NCBI GenBank assembly: GCA_044356455.1 | Contig: JBIKWF010000006.1 | Span: 4,477 to 68,476, forward strand | Direction of reading: 5' to 3' | Length of the DNA stretch: 64,000 bases | Origin: Bdellovibrionota bacterium | GTDB taxonomy: Bacteria; Bdellovibrionota_C; UBA2361; JBGSMV01 | In this document: positions 19,690 through 29,840 of the stretch, piece by piece | Layout: each line of letters begins with the position of its first letter | How positions within the stretch are numbered: the first letter of the stretch is position 1 | Translations under genes and position numbers: made by a program | The notes under the pieces: generated by a model | What the model saw: only the letters and a program-made list of their open reading frames with translations | Database searches by the model: none | What the model was told of the DNA's origin: nothing

Positions 19690-19751
19690 GGCGCGCCGTC
19701 CTCGGCGTGCCGGATATTTTGCGGCGCCCTGAGGACAGGGCGCCCTACCTG
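19684..19751. terminator. GC-rich imperfect palindrome (family-2 repeat) between convergent stops of the DUF5710 gene and fabH; probable bidirectional terminator
   Basis: taggtagggcgcgccgtcctcggcgtgccggatattttgcggcgccctgaggacagggcgccctacctg. Both stop codons lie inside the arms. Confidence 0.55.
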
Positions 19752-20767
19752 GCACGAAACACGGCCGCTCCCCAGGTGAACCCACCTCCAAAAGCCGCAC
19801 TGAGAATCACTTGCCCAGGTTGGATGCGACCAGTTTCATAGGCTTTGGTAATACCAATGGGAATAGTCGCGGCAGTCGTATTTCCAAAAGTTTGGATGGT
19901 ACTCACTACTTGCTCATCTTTAAGCCCAAGGTGCCCTGCAACCGCAGAATTAATTCTAAGATTAGCCTGATGTGGAATAAAAAGACTTACCTCTGAAGTG
20001 CTGATTCCAAGGCGCTTAAGAAGGGAAAGAGATACTTCGGTCATCGATCGCACCGCACTTTCAAAAACTTTGCGCCCATTCATGCGCGGGAAAAGCTTCC
20101 CTTCCAAAAACAAGTCCTCTGTGACCCGTGTCGGAAAATGCGCGCTACCCGGATGTTCGCACCACAACTCTTTCACATGTGCTCCATCAGAGTGAAGCTC
20201 AGAACCAAGAATTTCAAGCGAGCCCTCATGGTTGGATGCCTCGCTCATCGAAACCAGGCAGCTCCCCGCACCATCCCCGAAGAGCACCGCCAGATCTCTT
20301 CCTCGGGTAGAAACATCGAGACCCGTAGAATGAACCTCTGCTCCCACCACGAGAACATTTCGGTATTTCCCGGACAGAACCAAGCTTTCGGCAAGCTCAA
20401 TGCTGTACAAGAACCCCGTGCATTGATTGCGCACATCAAACGCCGGAACCTTGGAAAGGCCAAGTTTATGTTGAACTGAGACGCCAATCCCAGGGAACGA
20501 GAAGTCTGGAGAAAGCGTCGCGGCAATAACCGCATCCACTGCTTCAAGTGAAGTACCTCGCAGCGTCTGCCGTGCCGAGGCCACCGCAAGATCGCTCGTC
20601 GTCGTTGGTGCATCTACCCAATAACGAGTCTTAATTCCTGAACGCTGCGTAATCCATTCATCGCTCGTATCCATTACCGTGGACAATTCTTGATTGGTCA
20701 CGCAACGAGGCGGGACATACATGGCAAATGAATGGGCACAGGCGCGCATTGCAGAATCTGGCGGCAT
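19745..20767 (-). CDS. fabH: 3-oxoacyl-ACP synthase III
   Basis: TNQELSTVMDTSDEWITQRSGI..., active-site Cys context NQCTGFLYSI and C-terminal HQANLRI...GNTTAATIP motifs. Confidence 0.85.
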   Translation of the reverse strand: MPPDSAMRACAHSFAMYVPPRCVTNQELSTVMDTSDEWITQRSGIKTRYWVDAPTTTSDLAVASARQTLRGTSLEAVDAVIAATLSPDFSFPGIGVSVQHKLGLSKVPAFDVRNQCTGFLYSIELAESLVLSGKYRNVLVVGAEVHSTGLDVSTRGRDLAVLFGDGAGSCLVSMSEASNHEGSLEILGSELHSDGAHVKELWCEHPGSAHFPTRVTEDLFLEGKLFPRMNGRKVFESAVRSMTEVSLSLLKRLGISTSEVSLFIPHQANLRINSAVAGHLGLKDEQVVSTIQTFGNTTAATIPIGITKAYETGRIQPGQVILSAAFGGGFTWGAAVFRAR

Positions 20768-21056
20768 AGAGGCTCAACCGTTTCTCGAGACAATTACAGG
20801 CACGAATCCTGCCTCGGGGCTTCCAGAAAATGGAGATTCCCTCAACCACGAATAATGCACCCTCTCGCCCCAGAACGTGAAACTTTTCGAGTGCCCGTTC
20901 TTAGGCTAACCAGCTGATCCTGCTCAGCAAACCAAACTCCCAAGGCGGCGACTAGATTTGATTGGGAGCACTTCCCCTTCCCCCGGCGAAATGAGGTCAG
21001 TGCGAGGGGCCCACATCTTAAGTGGGAATTTCCTCTCTCAACGAGGCGAGGTCACT

Positions 21057-21383
21057 ATGAAAGAACATCGATGTCCGAAGTGTGGAAGCGAATCTCACAT
21101 CCAGGAACACCTTACGGTGCTTGTCGGAATCGAAGACTGGCCTACGGCTACTCTTTTTACTGCCGTGGTGGTTGTGATGGGTAACTTCCTGGCAGTTCAA
21201 TCTCAAGCAGTTGCGGTTGCAATACTGATTGCAATTGCGCCCCTTTTTCTAAACTTTTTCAAAAAGTATTACTGCGATGCGTGTGAAATTGATTTCCGAG
21301 AAAACGAGGAAGAGATCAAAGGGACGGCTTCAGGTGCGATAAAGCCCTCCGAGATAAAGCAACTACGCCCTCCGAAGCTTTAA
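21057..21383 (+). CDS. Small membrane protein with N- and C-terminal zinc-ribbon-like Cys pairs
   Basis: MKEHRCPKCGSE...two TM helices...YYCDACEID. The ATG is preceded by GAGGCGAGG. Confidence 0.4.
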   Translation: MKEHRCPKCGSESHIQEHLTVLVGIEDWPTATLFTAVVVVMGNFLAVQSQAVAVAILIAIAPLFLNFFKKYYCDACEIDFRENEEEIKGTASGAIKPSEIKQLRPPKL

Positions 21384-21394
21384 TCAAGAAATGA

Positions 21395-21727
21395 CTACTT
21401 AATCGCCTCTCCACCAGAAGCGAGGCACACAGAATCCACCGAGAAGGATGAGGTAAGATAACCTCCGAGAAGCGCATGAAACACGTTTTCTGGCTTCTGT
21501 GATGTTCTCACTTTAAGAAGTCGCTGCGATGGGCACAGCGAGGTTGCATCAAGATTCTCACGTGTGGGAACTAGACCAAACAAGAAGTAATTTAGTGTGC
21601 GCTCATCACTTTCCGTAGCTCCTGAGCGCTCTGCAATTCGGTAGCTAATTCTATAACAAGAAGTAAGAGCAACCAGGCTAAGCAGGAGCATTCCGGCTTT
21701 AAGAGTTCGAAAGATTAACGTGCGCAT
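21395..21727 (-). CDS. Bor/Iss-family-like lipoprotein (paralogue 2)
   Basis: Lipobox LVALTSC. NYFLFGLVP...SLCPSQ...LLGGYLTSSFSVDSVC parallels the Bor pattern FFVSGIGQ...ICGG...LGIYTP...YC. Confidence 0.45.
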   Translation of the reverse strand: MRTLIFRTLKAGMLLLSLVALTSCYRISYRIAERSGATESDERTLNYFLFGLVPTRENLDATSLCPSQRLLKVRTSQKPENVFHALLGGYLTSSFSVDSVCLASGGEAIK

Positions 21728-22080
21728 TCGACCACCACGGTTCGAGGAGCGTAAATTCCAAGTGTTCCAAGAGTAAACAAAAGATCGAGCGGGCTTATCA
21801 TATCGCCAAATGAGGCAGTACCCCGTGGGCAGCGCTTGGTGAGATCTACGTCATGGTCTCCAATGAGGCCGAGGACATAGAAGTCCTGCCGCTCTTCAAT
21901 TCTCGTTCCTACGCTTCTATCCTTACCAATCACAACGCGGTGACACCCGGTAAGGAGCGTTCCCGAAAGAAGCGCCAGCGTCAGCACCGCTACGATAGAG
22001 GATGGCAGAAAACGCCGTGGGGCCCGAAAATTCAGCATAGTAGAGTTTGAATTCTGCGAAGGATTACTAGAGATAATCAC
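21715..22080 (-). CDS. Bor/Iss-family lipoprotein (paralogue 1)
   Basis: Lipobox LLTGC. FYVLGLIGDHDVDLTKRCPRGTA...LFTLGTLGIYAPRTVVVEC closely follows lambda Bor (FFVSGIGQKKTVDAAKICGG...GFITLGIYTPLEARVYC). Confidence 0.55.
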   Translation of the reverse strand: MIISSNPSQNSNSTMLNFRAPRRFLPSSIVAVLTLALLSGTLLTGCHRVVIGKDRSVGTRIEERQDFYVLGLIGDHDVDLTKRCPRGTASFGDMISPLDLLFTLGTLGIYAPRTVVVECAR

Positions 22081-22233
22081 CCGAAAAGCTTAACGAATCC
22101 GTAGCCTCTCAGCAACGGAGTATTCTCAAGGATAAAGACATTAGTGGCGCCATTTATCAAGAAAGCTGTTTTACAGGTCGATCACCTATTCAGGACGGGG
22201 AAGCCCTCCAGCATTGAAGGGAGATAGAGAACC

Positions 22234-22443
22234 ATGGCCGATGAAAATTCAAATCCAGAGTCGAAACCCCGCAAGCGCGGGTTGACCTCAGTGATGCTTG
22301 GCTGGCTTGCCGAGCGTGTACGGCGAGCTGAGAATATAAAACTTCAGATCGAATCAGGTACCTATCAGGTAGATTCGGAGAAGATTGCAGCTTCGCTTGT
22401 TACCCCGCCTGCAGGATCCACAAATGGCTCGGGGCATAAATAA
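22234..22443 (+). CDS. flgM: FlgM-family anti-sigma-28 factor-like protein
   Basis: The C-terminal ENIKLQIESGTYQVDSEKIAASLV matches the FlgM signature (AI..G.Y.VD..KIA..L). Confidence 0.5.
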   Translation: MADENSNPESKPRKRGLTSVMLGWLAERVRRAENIKLQIESGTYQVDSEKIAASLVTPPAGSTNGSGHK

Positions 22444-22465
22444 GGAAGCTCTTAGGAAGTGCCCG

Positions 22466-22894
22466 CTACTGCAAAAGCGCGAGCGCATTCGTCGACGAAG
22501 TTAGCTCTCGAATAAGAGTAAGCAGGACATCGTGATGAAACGGCTTCCTAAGTACAGGGAATGCCGGGAAGCGCTCTTTCGCCAACTTGACGACTGCTTC
22601 GGGAAGGGCCGTCATTGCGATCACTGGAACGCCCTCAAAAACCCAAGCCAGCTCTTCAATAGACTGAAGCCCCACCTCGTAAGAATACTTGTACTTGAAG
22701 AATTGATTAGAGAGCGTGAAGGGCATCTCGAGATCGCTCAAGATCAAATCGGGAGCGCCCCCCTCGGAGCGAAGAGTCTTAAAGGCATCGTCCGGGCATC
22801 TCGCAGAAATGACATCGAACCCCTCATCAAGAAGCATGGTGGCGAGGAATTCGCGAAATTCTTTGTGATCTTCGATTAGGAGAACTGTTTTCAT
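22466..22894 (-). CDS. Single-domain response regulator with an atypical about 30-aa insertion
   Basis: MKTVLLIEDH...DLILSDLEMP...VIAMTA...LRKPF. An insertion FTLSNQFFKYKYSYEVGLQSIEELAWVFEG follows the phospho-acceptor Asp region. Confidence 0.55.
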   Translation of the reverse strand: MKTVLLIEDHKEFREFLATMLLDEGFDVISARCPDDAFKTLRSEGGAPDLILSDLEMPFTLSNQFFKYKYSYEVGLQSIEELAWVFEGVPVIAMTALPEAVVKLAKERFPAFPVLRKPFHHDVLLTLIRELTSSTNALALLQ

Positions 22895-23072
22895 ATGACC
22901 TAGCGATGAGATCGGCAGATCTCGCATGCAGCTAGACCAAAAATTTAGCCTCTCTTACGATGCGAAAAACAGATGAGTATCAGTAAGATAGGCACTGGGG
23001 TCGATGATTAGAACAGTGAGCTACGCTGAACAAAGCAGAGCAAATTAGCCACGGCGAAACAAGTTACCGCCT

Positions 23073-23624
23073 CTAATCCCGATTTAACTTCTCAGTCGAA
23101 GAGCCGCTACTTCGAGCTGAACGCAACTTTTCCATAAGCGTGCGAAGCTCATGAGGAGAGGGAGCCCCCTTGAGGATCATCTCAACGCCTTCCGTTGCGG
23201 AGGTGCCAATTGAAACATCACCAAAATCACAAAAACGACCGAAGAGCGATTGGTCGATGCGAATCTCCCGAATATCGGAGTAATCAATCACAGGAACAGT
23301 ATAAGACATCGAAAGCTTACCTTGATGGTGTTCAATAACGTTAGCTTTCACTACAACCCGGTCATCAAAGTGCCGCCGCACCATTTCTAAGAATACCAAA
23401 AGGGGAAGAAAAGATACGAGCCTGAGCCATAAGGCGGGAGAACCTTCCACCGGCACGTACTTCGCATTGAGGATAACGACGAGGACAAGCAAGCCTAGAA
23501 ATACACCAATGATATCGATCGATGAGAGCTTTGCTCGATGAAACGAGACAATTACCTCATCGTCGGGAAGTCGGCCTTCCGAGATAAGGGCAAGAACTGC
23601 ATCTGGGTCAGGGTAGGTAGCCAT
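23073..23624 (-). CDS. Bacterial PH-domain (bPH_2/DUF304) membrane protein
   Basis: Two TM helices followed by a PH-like beta-rich domain (...LFGRFCDFGDVSIGTS...). Confidence 0.5.
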   Translation of the reverse strand: MATYPDPDAVLALISEGRLPDDEVIVSFHRAKLSSIDIIGVFLGLLVLVVILNAKYVPVEGSPALWLRLVSFLPLLVFLEMVRRHFDDRVVVKANVIEHHQGKLSMSYTVPVIDYSDIREIRIDQSLFGRFCDFGDVSIGTSATEGVEMILKGAPSPHELRTLMEKLRSARSSGSSTEKLNRD

Positions 23625-23679
23625 TTGCTGATTTCTCTACCACGTTGTCGGAAGTTACTAAATCTCCTACCCTAAGCCC

Positions 23680-23922
23680 ATGATACGGCAGATTTTGCTA
23701 GCTTTTGTCCTGACCCTTCTCTTCCTGTTATCTGGCTGCAGCAGCTCAGCCTTGGGCGCACGCTTTACCTGCCTTGAATGGAAGGCTCAGGGGCTGATGT
23801 TTTCAACTCTCGACAGCTGCACAAAGTGTATGCAAGCCCACGGCCCCGCCAGCCTAGAGCAAGTACAGGGCTGTGCCCTTGGAATGGATGCCTCAGTGCT
23901 ACTTGACCTCCCCAACAGCTAA
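23680..23922 (+). CDS. Small Cys-rich lipoprotein
   Basis: Lipobox LLSGC. 80 aa with six further Cys. The stop lies in the left end of the MITE copy. Confidence 0.4.
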   Translation: MIRQILLAFVLTLLFLLSGCSSSALGARFTCLEWKAQGLMFSTLDSCTKCMQAHGPASLEQVQGCALGMDASVLLDLPNS

Positions 23923-24056
23923 GGAACCTCTGAAAAACTCACCTCCGTGACCTCCGCGCCCTCTGTGGTTAAATTTTCATGAAGAAATTCACCACAGAGG
24001 AAACGGAGGTGCACAGAGGTGTATTAAGATTGGAGGTTTTTCAGAAGCTCCCTAAG
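23919..24056. repeat. MITE-like element copy 4
   Basis: ctaaggaacctctgaaaaactcacctccgtgacctccgcgccctctgtggttaaattttcatgaagaaattcaccacagagg...ggtttttcagaagctccctaag. Confidence 0.8.
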
Positions 24057-24615
24057 AAGCCTCTCCGGTGTGAATCAGGCAAAGCGAATTGATACAAAAG
24101 CGCTTCCCTGAGGGAGGAGGGCCATCGTCGAAAACATGCCCCAAATGCGCTCCGCAGCGCGCACAAAGCACCTCAGTCCGAACCATTCCATGCGAGGTGT
24201 CCGTCCTTAGCTCAAGCACACCATCCTTGGTTGCCTTGGTAAAGCTTGGCCAACCAGTCCCAGACTCAAACTTACTGTCTGAAGAAAACAAAAGCTGGCC
24301 ACAACACGCACAAACGAACGTGCCGCTCTCCTTAAACATGCAGTACTTGCCGCTGAACGGTCTCTCAGTACCGGCACCACGGCACACTTTGTACTGTTCA
24401 GGGGAAAGCACTTGCTGCCAATACTCCGGGCCCTTGGATTTCCAGTCCACGGTATCCGGGTCTACTTCCAGAAGGTGTTTAGGAAGAGCTGCCCTTGCGG
24501 CGCTCCCCTCTTTCGCCTTTTCCGCGTGCAGTAAATTTCCCGAGGCCCATTTCCCTAAGGCCATAACTGATCCCCCAACGGCTAATGTAATTAAAGAACG
24601 GCGGTTAAAAATCAA
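24052..24615 (-). CDS. msrB: Peptide-methionine (R)-S-oxide reductase MsrB with twin-arginine/Sec signal (periplasmic)
   Basis: N-terminal NRRSLITLAVGGSVMALG signal; CxxC zinc sites; catalytic GTGWPSF...RTEVLCARCGAHLGHVF. Confidence 0.8.
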   Translation of the reverse strand: MIFNRRSLITLAVGGSVMALGKWASGNLLHAEKAKEGSAARAALPKHLLEVDPDTVDWKSKGPEYWQQVLSPEQYKVCRGAGTERPFSGKYCMFKESGTFVCACCGQLLFSSDSKFESGTGWPSFTKATKDGVLELRTDTSHGMVRTEVLCARCGAHLGHVFDDGPPPSGKRFCINSLCLIHTGEAS

Positions 24616-25000
24616 AGTAAGTACTCCTGTACCATTTTCTCCGAATTAGTCGCCTGAATCACGAATATGTTTCACGCATGCCAAAGCAAAAGCGATGAAA
24701 TATTAAGGAGTTACATTCTTACGCCAAGCGGCTCATTTGACCAGCGCCCTTAAGGCCGGTACTCTAAACCCCAGTCGCTTGAGAAATCTCCGCCCTGGGT
24801 ACCTAGATATCGCAGGTGCGGTGGTTTCCCCTGCTGGGCGATGTGAGATGCTAGCAGAACTTCTGGTTAGCGGTAACTTGTATGCGGTAACTGGCAGGTG
24901 AATTTCCTCACTGGCGTCGGGTTACCTTTAATTTAAGCACCTCTCTACAGGTGATACTCTCGGAAGATACAATTCCTCCCAGTACCCTCGCAAAATTACT

Positions 25001-26590
25001 ATGACTGAATCACTCGTTGCGGAGACCGCACCAGCCTCTCCCGAAATTCTTCCCACCGGAACCCCTCCTCAAGCTCCAAGCCCCGTTTCGTTTCGAGACC
25101 TCACGGACGATGCCGCGGTGCTCGCGGCTCTTGATGCCGTAGGTTTTACTAAAGCAACTCCGGTACAAGCCTCTTCGCTACCGCTCGCGCTGAAAGGGCG
25201 TGACCTCATGTTGCAGGCGAAAACCGGTAGCGGAAAGACTCTCACCTTTGTCTTACCCATGCTTTCACTCCTCGCGTCGACCACCAACGCGAGCGAAACG
25301 GTCGCTCTGATTCTTACTCCGACTCGCGAGCTTGCTTCTCAAATCTGCGTGGTCATTCGTTCTCTCACTAAAAATGTCGAGCCCGTACTCGTCATTGGAG
25401 GCATGAGTATTGGCGGCCAAATTCGTGAACTTGCGAATGATAGACGAATTGTGGTGGGCACCCCGGGACGCATTCTCGATCTATTGCGCCAGAAGGAGAT
25501 TTCATTCCGAACCGCCAAGTTCTTTGCGGTCGATGAAGTCGACGAAATGTTCTCCATGGATTTTGCCGAAGATGTCCGCGCGATTCTCTCAAGACTTCCC
25601 GCTGAGCGTCAGGGTATTTTTGTAAGTGCCACCATCTCGCCCAAAGTTGAGATGCTCGCAAACAACTTCCTAACGAACCCGGAAAAGATTGTCATTTCAA
25701 CCCCTGGCGAAGCGTTGCCCCCGGTTGAGCACTTGTATTACGAGGTTAAGGGCGAAGTTACCGCAAAGGCTAATGCGCTTTGCGATATCATCGAAACCTA
25801 CAGCCCACGATCTGCCATTATTTTCTGCAATACAAAGTCTGATACAGAACTCGTTCAGGCCTTTCTTGCTCGGAGAGGGTATGACGCCGAGTTTCTCAAT
25901 TCCGACCTCAATCAACGTCAACGCGATCATATCATGACCATGATGCGTGAGGGCAAATTGAGACTCCTCGTCGGAACCGATTTAGCCGCGCGCGGTCTCG
26001 ACATCGCAGAGCTCGATCTGGTTGTAAACTACGCACTTCCTGATCAACCTGAAGTCTACGTTCACCGGACTGGAAGAACAGGGCGAGCAGGACGAAGTGG
26101 ACGAGCAATAAGTTTAATCGGCCCGCAAGATTTTATGGCCTGGGTTCAAATACGGCGTGTAGCAATTATGGAAATTACCAAACAAGAACTTCCAACCGAA
26201 GAAGAAATAACAACCGCCCGCGTCTCGCATCTTCATAGTCTGCTTCGCGAGCAGGCCGGAGCACTGCAGCCTAAGGACCTGCAACTCGCTACCAAATTCC
26301 TCAAGGATGCGGGAGTTGAGGCGCCTACCGAAGATTTGACCGCGCTCGTCGGAAAACTTTGCACGTTTTTTATTGAGCAAAGTGCATCCACTCACCGCAA
26401 AAAGATGGACGCCGCCAGACCTGCCGGAGCTGAGCAGGATGCAAATGAAGGGCACTCACAGGGGCGTGATGATGGCGCTCGGCGCCACGGCAGTTCTGAC
26501 AGACAAGGCCCTTCGCGCTCGCGCGGCTCCGACAGAGGCAATTCTCGCAGCGGGGGAAGAGGCGGTGGATACGGGGACAGGCGCAGATAG
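25001..26590 (+). CDS. DEAD-box ATP-dependent RNA helicase with C-terminal RGG-rich tail
   Basis: Q-motif, [33 protein letters not shown]. The tail reads [11 protein letters not shown]. Confidence 0.85.
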   Translation: MTESLVAETAPASPEILPTGTPPQAPSPVSFRDLTDDAAVLAALDAVGFTKATPVQASSLPLALKGRDLMLQAKTGSGKTLTFVLPMLSLLASTTNASETVALILTPTRELASQICVVIRSLTKNVEPVLVIGGMSIGGQIRELANDRRIVVGTPGRILDLLRQKEISFRTAKFFAVDEVDEMFSMDFAEDVRAILSRLPAERQGIFVSATISPKVEMLANNFLTNPEKIVISTPGEALPPVEHLYYEVKGEVTAKANALCDIIETYSPRSAIIFCNTKSDTELVQAFLARRGYDAEFLNSDLNQRQRDHIMTMMREGKLRLLVGTDLAARGLDIAELDLVVNYALPDQPEVYVHRTGRTGRAGRSGRAISLIGPQDFMAWVQIRRVAIMEITKQELPTEEEITTARVSHLHSLLREQAGALQPKDLQLATKFLKDAGVEAPTEDLTALVGKLCTFFIEQSASTHRKKMDAARPAGAEQDANEGHSQGRDDGARRHGSSDRQGPSRSRGSDRGNSRSGGRGGGYGDRRR

Positions 26591-26686
26591 TCCGGTTCAA
26601 TTGCGGCTTCCAGGCCGAACACCACTTCCGCCCTCGAACCCATTGGAAAGAAACGACCGAACTTCACGAGTCCCTTAAAGATAAAA

Positions 26687-26851
26687 TGTCCGCAGCAAGT
26701 GCAATTCTTCTTTCCGGAATAGCCGGTCTCGTGACGGGAGCAATGTTGATGGCAGCGGGAGAGTATGTCTCAGTCCAGTCGCAAGCGGACACTGAGAATG
26801 CAGATCTCTCGCGCGAGCGCAAAGAACTAAGGACAACCTTGCTGCGCTGAA
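26687..26851 (+). pseudogene. Truncated fragment (54 codons) of a VIT1/CCC1-family transporter gene
   Basis: [48 protein letters not shown], then a stop. Full-length family members exceed 200 aa. No continuation was found in any frame. Confidence 0.45.
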
Positions 26852-27221
26852 GGCATCAAGACTAGTGGCCTCTGCAAAGCATCGATACGTACTCCGAGCA
26901 ATTGAAACTGGTTCCCGAAACGCCGTGACGAGCTTCAGTTATCGTCCCCTTCTGGAGCTTGAGCTGTTCATAAGTAGATCAACTCGTCAGGCGAACTCCT
27001 TCCTGTTGAGTAATTCTGCGCAACTTCTCCTTCACTCGCTACGCAAAACTGCGATGAATCAGGTCAAATGTTACCGACCGAGTTAGTTCCCGTTCCCAGT
27101 TAATACTCTGTGAGGAATTGGCAAAAGGCTTGCTACGTCAAGCGTTGGGATGTCTACGAATCTTGCAGGGTGCCGCAGTGAATTTCAGCGACTCGTAAGA
27201 TTCGTAGTTCCCTAGGGAGGC

Positions 27222-29840
27222 ATGATGGGCATCTTAAACTTCACCACTCGATTTCTCTTCGTCATTGCCTCGGCGTTCAGCCGGATAAGAGGAAAACTTG
27301 CTTTTTCTTCTCTGCTCCTTTTTGCCCTCTCTACAACGGCGAGTGCTCAACCAAGAATTTCATTCACCCTCGACTCAAGCTCACTCCATCATGTTCATCT
27401 CTTCAGCCTTCGCGGTGGATATGCATGCCTGGTGAGGCGTCCCGCTCAGCGAGCCAACCTGTTTGGCAGACTATCCCCTCCTCGCCTCGAAGTTGGCGCT
27501 CGCTTTAGACAAGTAGTGCAGCTCTCGAGCGCAAGCAAGACCGCCAAGAGGATTCGTGCTGCAAGGAAAGCTTGCCAAGCTATGAGCCGCTCTCCGTCGA
27601 CACCGACTCCGACTCCGACTCCGACTCCGACTCCGACAAAAACAGCCTCCCCAACTCCGACACAAGGATCAACTCCAATCCCAGCCCCCCCGCCTCCCGT
27701 GGCTATTTCTCACGTCGGCGACGCACCATCGACCGTTCTCGCCGGAAGCGCTCTTACCATACACGCTGAACTTCTCGACGAATCGGGTACTCGAACGCGC
27801 TTCCAGCCTGCGATCAGCACCGCTCTTGAGGTATTTGACAATGCTGGGATTCGCCTATCTTCGTCTCAACGCCAAGTAACTGATGGGCACACCAAGTTCA
27901 CCCTTAATGCTCCGCAGCATAGCGGAAGGTACCTCTTAAGACTCTCCTCCCGATCGCCCGACCTACTCCTCGAAACGGCTCTGGTGGTAAACCCCTTGCC
28001 CCTCCAGCGGATCATCGTAGCGGACGCTCTTGTTAGGTCCGTAGCCCTTCACGTGCCCTTTGAGGTTCAAGTGAGGGCTGAGGACCGCTACGGGAACCTA
28101 GTTACGGATGACATGCTTCGAATTCGTGTCGGCTCCGGCGATGCTCTCCTTGAGGGAGAGACCAGCGCCACACTTCATAACGGTAGTGCCGTTTTTCAAG
28201 GACTTAGATTCATCAAAGGTAGCGAGGCCCATCTTGTCATTGAGAATGCAGATCGCTCAGTCTCAACGAACGTCCCGCCTCTTACCATCGTATCGGGACA
28301 TACGACCGCATTAGCCTGGGACCCTCTGCCTACTGCTCCCCTGGGCAACTTGGCTCCCTGGTATCGACTACGTGAATGGACGAGCACGACCAATCCCCTT
28401 GCCTGCCAGACAAGTGCCTTCGATGCCGCCATTAAAGTGCGAGCTCAGGCGGCCAAGTTGCACACTGAGCAAATGCCCGAGGGCTTCCGAACTATTCTCT
28501 TTTTCTGGGAAATGACCCCAAGCTGGGAGGACCCGCGTGATACGGTACGAAACGCAGCAGGTGAGGTTCAGGGCTTTCGGGACGCTCACGGAACGTTTCG
28601 GCCTTACCTTAGCCCGTGGTGGGACAACGGGGCACTCGAGTCTCGCTGCCGTGTGGTGAAGTTCCTCGATGAGTTTCATCGACTTGGGGGAGTCCTTGAT
28701 TACGCTATCTTGGACACCGAGCGCTCCATGAGTAATTGGCACATGGATCTATTGGCAAGCGAACGTTACGGGGCGAACACCAGCCAGGTTTCCTCTCAGG
28801 TGGCCGAAGATCTCCGGCTTGCCTACTACGCCGCCATGGAGGCCGATCCGCGCATGGACCAGGTCGACTCGACTTCGTTTGGGTTCACCGACCTACGCCC
28901 CCTTCGAACCCAACTTAGTCAGGGCAGTCTCACGCAGCATGTCGCTCGTTGGAATTCGAGTGCCGTTCGTGACGGGCCACACCGCAACGCCTATCTGCAG
29001 TGGAATCAACTCATGCAGCAGCGTGCCACACGCTATAAGAATTTCGCCCTCTTTGAGCCACTTCGGGCGCGCTATCCAAACATTAAGTTGAGTGAATACG
29101 AGTCGTACCTCTCGATGCCGGAACACAACCTTCCTGACAGCAACGGCCATCAGGTTTCACTCTTTTCTGGCCCTGATCAAGAGGTAGTGGGAAACCTGCA
29201 GACAAAACCGCTCTACGGGGTACTCCGTGACTATGTCTTTTTCAACGTGCGCACCCCGCGTCTCATCTATCAAGGGACACCTTTTAATGCCATTCGTCTG
29301 AACCTGAACCATGTTCGAAGCGCAACCTTGACGCGTCCCGACATACCCTTTCAGCCCTGGTTTGCTTACCGAAGCTTTGGCTCGCAGCCCGCGGTTGACG
29401 CTTGTGCCAACTGCCGACTTGATGACAGCGATTACTACTTCGAGCTCGTCTATCACACCCTCCTCACCAGCACCGCCCCACCGCTCTTTTGGAACCCGGT
29501 CGGACTATCCACTGCCCCCGATGTTGAGGTCATGAGCGAGCTTCTGGTCGAGTATGATCGTGTCGCACGCCACTCAGTGAATCGAGAGCCAGCAGTGACA
29601 GACCTGATTGGTTGGGAGAAAGATTATGCTCTTAGCGCCGAGGAAACAGACTACGGGACGATCTATCGCTATACGCCGAAACTGGAGGAGAGTGCCTCGA
29701 TAGACACTCTAATTGAGTCCTACGAACCTGCCACACTCCGAACTCCCTCAGGCGAGCGTCTTCATTTCCCTCGCGGTCGCGTTGAACGCGATGCTCTTTC
29801 AGGGAAAGGAGCGTGGATTGTTGAGCGTCGCTACGACTGA
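27222..29840 (+). CDS. Large secreted protein: signal peptide, (PT)n linker, Ig-like region and C-terminal domain of about 500 aa of unknown function
   Basis: 872 aa. N-terminal hydrophobic signal ...STTASAQ. PSTPTPTPTPTPTPTKTASPTPTQGSTPIPAPPPP is encoded by a (CCGACT)6 tract at about 27598-27640. Confidence 0.55.
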   Translation: MMGILNFTTRFLFVIASAFSRIRGKLAFSSLLLFALSTTASAQPRISFTLDSSSLHHVHLFSLRGGYACLVRRPAQRANLFGRLSPPRLEVGARFRQVVQLSSASKTAKRIRAARKACQAMSRSPSTPTPTPTPTPTPTKTASPTPTQGSTPIPAPPPPVAISHVGDAPSTVLAGSALTIHAELLDESGTRTRFQPAISTALEVFDNAGIRLSSSQRQVTDGHTKFTLNAPQHSGRYLLRLSSRSPDLLLETALVVNPLPLQRIIVADALVRSVALHVPFEVQVRAEDRYGNLVTDDMLRIRVGSGDALLEGETSATLHNGSAVFQGLRFIKGSEAHLVIENADRSVSTNVPPLTIVSGHTTALAWDPLPTAPLGNLAPWYRLREWTSTTNPLACQTSAFDAAIKVRAQAAKLHTEQMPEGFRTILFFWEMTPSWEDPRDTVRNAAGEVQGFRDAHGTFRPYLSPWWDNGALESRCRVVKFLDEFHRLGGVLDYAILDTERSMSNWHMDLLASERYGANTSQVSSQVAEDLRLAYYAAMEADPRMDQVDSTSFGFTDLRPLRTQLSQGSLTQHVARWNSSAVRDGPHRNAYLQWNQLMQQRATRYKNFALFEPLRARYPNIKLSEYESYLSMPEHNLPDSNGHQVSLFSGPDQEVVGNLQTKPLYGVLRDYVFFNVRTPRLIYQGTPFNAIRLNLNHVRSATLTRPDIPFQPWFAYRSFGSQPAVDACANCRLDDSDYYFELVYHTLLTSTAPPLFWNPVGLSTAPDVEVMSELLVEYDRVARHSVNREPAVTDLIGWEKDYALSAEETDYGTIYRYTPKLEESASIDTLIESYEPATLRTPSGERLHFPRGRVERDALSGKGAWIVERRYD

